From Marsupella aquatica (taxonomy: Eukaryota > Plantae > Marchantiophyta), in the NCBI GenBank assembly GCA_973895155.1, contig OZ316895.1:1-64000 (forward strand): DNA of 64,000 bases, read 5' to 3'. Both the position numbers and the translations under genes were made by a program. The notes below the pieces were generated by a model that had not been told where the DNA came from, did not search any database, and saw only the letters and a list, made by a program, of their open reading frames with translations. Below are positions 60,416 to 64,000 of the stretch, piece after piece; the first letter of the stretch is position 1; the number at the start of each line of letters is the position of its first letter.

Positions 60416-63400
60416 TGTCACGTCATCGGCTGCGGCCTTAACTCAGACTTCAGCTTAGACGGGCACATCCCTCGTAAATCTGAGGGTTCGGGCAGGAAGG
60501 GAAGCACGTAATGCACCTTATTCTCGTAAACTAGCACTAAGTGCGCATATTGCTAAATACGGACACCTCCTAGGTATGGTTTGTGTTCCGCCGCCGGAAC
60601 GTACCTTAGTCGATAGCAGGATCGACCCCGGCTTAAGGGCTTCTAAGCCTTCGTGCTGTCCGCCTTCGATCCGGATTCGATGATACAGGTCCTCAACCCG
60701 TGCTCGCAACCACTTACCCGCAGGCTGCACCTTGTGCACGTCTCGGGTAGTGCGTTTGGCCTGGCGCTGCCACCCATATACGAGAAACCCACACACATAC
60801 ACGCGCACATGCATACAATCTCGATTTACACGAAGGAAAATGATGGGAAAGGATTTTACTACAAAGGGAACATATGCGTACACTTAGTTGACCCGACAGC
60901 CCCAGAATGAACAGGTTCAAGGCCGAGGGTGCACACTACAACGGAGCCCGGCTCCGCACTCGCCCGGCGAGCTTAGTCCTACCCCCTCCCCTTGGTACTC
61001 TTTCATTCCCAGAGGTCGGGACTCCCCGCACATCCCGCGGACGCCCAACTCTGCAACTAAAAACCCCCCCTCGTCTCTACCGAGGGGTGCACTAAATACT
61101 AAGGGACGAGGGACGGGGTGTTCTCTCGCCAAAGATTGGCTAACTAAGGTCCTAACTAAGCTGACAGTCAGGCCGGAAAACGGCTGTGTCTTATTAGAAG
61201 ATCCTAATCTACGCAGGCTGGACAGCATGGCAGCGCTACTGTACCTAAGGCAGGTGCCTGTCCCAAGAGCCTGACTAAGCCAGTCCTAATCCTAATCTAT
61301 TCCTACTCCGCTGCTAATGCCTGGCACGCTTGCCAGAGCCGCCCGAATGGGAGCGGCCATCCCGCTGCCTTCGAAGCCTGTCATTGTCCGCCTTGAGGAA
61401 CTGGACCTGGTCCAGCAGAGATTCGTTCTCTCGCCTCGCCGCGTCCGTCTCCTCTGCTGCCTCCTGACAAGCCTCCTCCAGCTGCTGGGCGTCACTTGTC
61501 AGTTTACCCGCCAGCTGGTCCTGCTTCTCGGCCTCGGTTTGGAGCCGCGCCACCTCGGCCTGCAGCGTGGCTATCTCCGCCGTGTCCCGTTGGGCCCGTT
61601 CCTCGGCCTCCTCCAGGTCTTTTTGCCAGGTGACAGTTTGATTCTTCAAACTGTCAATCTGGTTCCGGAGTCGTGTAATCTCGGTCTCGTTCCCAGCTTT
61701 GGCCTGTTCGGCTAGGGCGGTAAGAGCGTGCGCCTTTGCTAACAACTCATCGGCGGCTACCACCTTGGGTCGTAGTTGCAGAAGCTCAGCCTCTTGAGCC
61801 ACAACTTTGTTCTTTAGGTACACGGACTCCACCCGGTACCGCTCTATCCTCTGAAGGGCCTCTGACTGGGCCCGACCTGCCTTTACTGCGGCAACCAACT
61901 CCTAATTGAAGAAACAGGCTACCTTCCGGGCCATGAACTCCCCGGTATCCCGGGCAATTTGATGAGAGAAATCTCCCAGAAGCCCGTTCAGAAATGTACC
62001 CGGTACGAAGAGTTCCGGGTGGTCCAGGTTGTGCCTGTCCGGAGTTGGGCACAGGCAGACGTCAACACGCGCGGGGGCCAGGGCAGTGACGTCCAGCCCT
62101 GGGGACGTAACGTTGGAAGGGGCTGGAGTGTCCTCCTGCAGCAATGTCCGGTTCTCCGGAATAGCCACCGGTGGGTCTTTGGGAGACCTGGGCTCGGGTA
62201 AGACCTCCGCCGTACCGACTTCTGTACTTAGCCCGGCTTGTTGGGTCGCATCAACGGTTGCGACAACCGACCCATCCGGTACCTCTTCGGTTACGACTAC
62301 AGCTACTTGTGGAGGTGGGGTGGGTGAAGCTGGCGTGTCCGCTGGACTTCGGGCCTCGGGTTGGGGCCGTCTCTCCAAGGCCGGAAAAACCCACCTAGCT
62401 GGGACCAGCTTTGTAACGTTGACACGGGGAAGGGTTCGTCGATCAAACCGGGCGTACCACTCAAGAATGATCTTGATGTGGCTAGCGAAGTACGCATTCC
62501 CGCCAATGTACAGCGTCTTCCTTCGCCGCTCCATCTCTTCATGGAATTTCTTAGCGAAGTACGACGCCCACCTCCTAGGTCGATAGTTCTCGACCTGGAT
62601 AACCTGGGCGGCGGAGATCTCCCCCCGGGGTTCCATCATGTGGAGGGCGTACCTCTGGAACTCCAGCCGCTCAGCTATATCGGGGATGAGGCAGGTCTTC
62701 ATCACGAACCCGTTGTCCACTGCTCCCTCTGAGGGAAAACTTGAAGATTGGTACTTGGCTCCCTTGCCCCCGAGAGCCCGTGATTCGACTCGATGGTCAC
62801 CTTCGGGTAACCCGAAGATCATCCTGAGCCGTTCTTCCGTGAGGGACATACTCCTTCCCCGCAGCCGAGTATGTTGACGCGCGTCGTCATAATTCCTGAC
62901 GAACTCCGTCATGTCCTCCCCGTAGTACCTGCAAGTGTTCCAGGGGAGGGAGGCGAGGTGCTCGAATCCCTGAGTCTTCAGGTACACCGCATGCTTGGGA
63001 TGGAGGATGTTTTTGTGAACGTTTTCCCCCATGCGGTGCATCCTCACCTTGGCCACGGCTACCGTGGCCAACGGTAACCCGGATGCAGTGGCGGATTCCT
63101 TCCTCTTCTTCCCCCGTGACTGGCTCGGGGAAGGTGACACCTCCCCATCCTCCCGATCGGGCCTGGGTAGTGCCACTACCGTTAGTAACGGGCCCGGGTC
63201 GGCCACGGTCACCATGTTGTCTGCCGGGGCCGCTCCTGGGGTCAGAGCAGGGGGTGGGGACGATATAGTGTCGGCCCCCTGAGCGCTTGTTCCTCTGGGC
63301 CGCCTGGTCAAGGGTAGGGTAGCCTCGTCGTCATCGCTAAGATCCACAACGTTGATGACGGAGTGTACTTGTGCTGGCTGGGCGATCGGTGGTGGGGTTT

Positions 63401-64000
63401 GGCTAGGCTGCGGCTGAGGCTGAAGCTGAAGCTGAGCCTGAGGTTGTATGGGTACGGGTACGGGTACGGGTACGACTGAGTTGGTCATGTTGGTTGCTGG
63501 CCGAGTTTCTATGAAGCTCTGTAGGTGCTGGTAGAAGTTCTCCGAAGCGAGTGCAGACGACCTTGTCGAACGGGTAGTGCTGGACTCGCTGTTGATGATA
63601 GCCCAAACCTGAGCAGGGATGTGGTCGAAGTGATGTCGTTGCAAGTCGATCGTACCCGGGATATTGAAGACCTCGTCCGGAAGCCGAAGCAATGCTTCCC
63701 AGAACCCGATATATTTGTCTCCGTTGAAGAAGTACCCGGATACCTCTGCTGGTCGATAAAGCTCGCTCTGAGACGGGTAGTCAAAGTCAAGGATGTAGTG
63801 GTGTTGTCCTGCTAGGCGGATGGCTCTCTCGTACTCGCGTTCGATTTCGTATCAGCGCGGGTTGGCGTGTTTCAATGAGTCGGCCAAGTGCCTTCCGGTA
63901 GATAGGAACTGCGTCCAGAATCGAATGGCCGAGCTGAAGAGGATCGTGTGCGACATTCAAAGGAGATAGTAGTGGCGACTTAGAGCGAACGAGAGAGCTA
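60416..64000 (-). mobile_element. Gypsy-type (Tat/Athila-like) LTR element nested in the Copia integrase; continues past the window
   Basis: Starts with TGTCACG exactly where the Copia frame breaks. Tentative LTR 60416-60898 (tgtc...gaca) and a GC-rich extra ORF. No gag or pol lies in the window, so the lineage is inferred. Confidence 0.7.
61314..63692 (-). CDS. retrotransposon extra ORF (Pro-rich region, plant transposon protein domain, coiled coil), split by one in-frame TAG at 61902-61904
   Basis: ORFs 61902-63692 and 61314-61898 are in the same frame. Contains the EFVRNYD...LRGRSMSLTEERLRMIFGLP motif and C-terminal heptad repeats. Confidence 0.7.

Noticed and set aside
61959-63815. Plus-strand ORFs over the Gypsy extra ORF
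   Set aside because: They are antisense shadows of a GC-rich coding sequence.

Overview
Eukaryotic land-plant DNA: GT-AG introns, TTTAGGG repeats and plant gene families; a bryophyte origin is inferred, not shown. The window looks like a degenerate, heterochromatin-type region. Recognisable host genes are nearly all broken: SMC2, a PLS-type PPR fragment, INTS7-like, NADK2, an LRR-VII receptor kinase and UVSSA. The receptor kinase sits inside NADK2 as a 4.66-kb insert with a 14-bp target-site duplication and an A-rich 3' end, which points to a retrocopy. Two related copies of a large, repeat-rich composite element are present (about 9.95-15.6 kb and 30.65-43.5 kb). The longer copy contains a Gypsy-extra-ORF-like gene and a LINE ORF1 relic and lies just downstream of a stand-alone EDM2-like PHD-finger gene. 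The only apparently intact non-transposon gene is a two-exon Crinkler-like REase-kinase. The right end holds a Ty1/Copia element interrupted by a Gypsy-type element. Short telomeric tracts recur at several rearrangement junctions. All family assignments come from motif recognition by eye; no database search was run.
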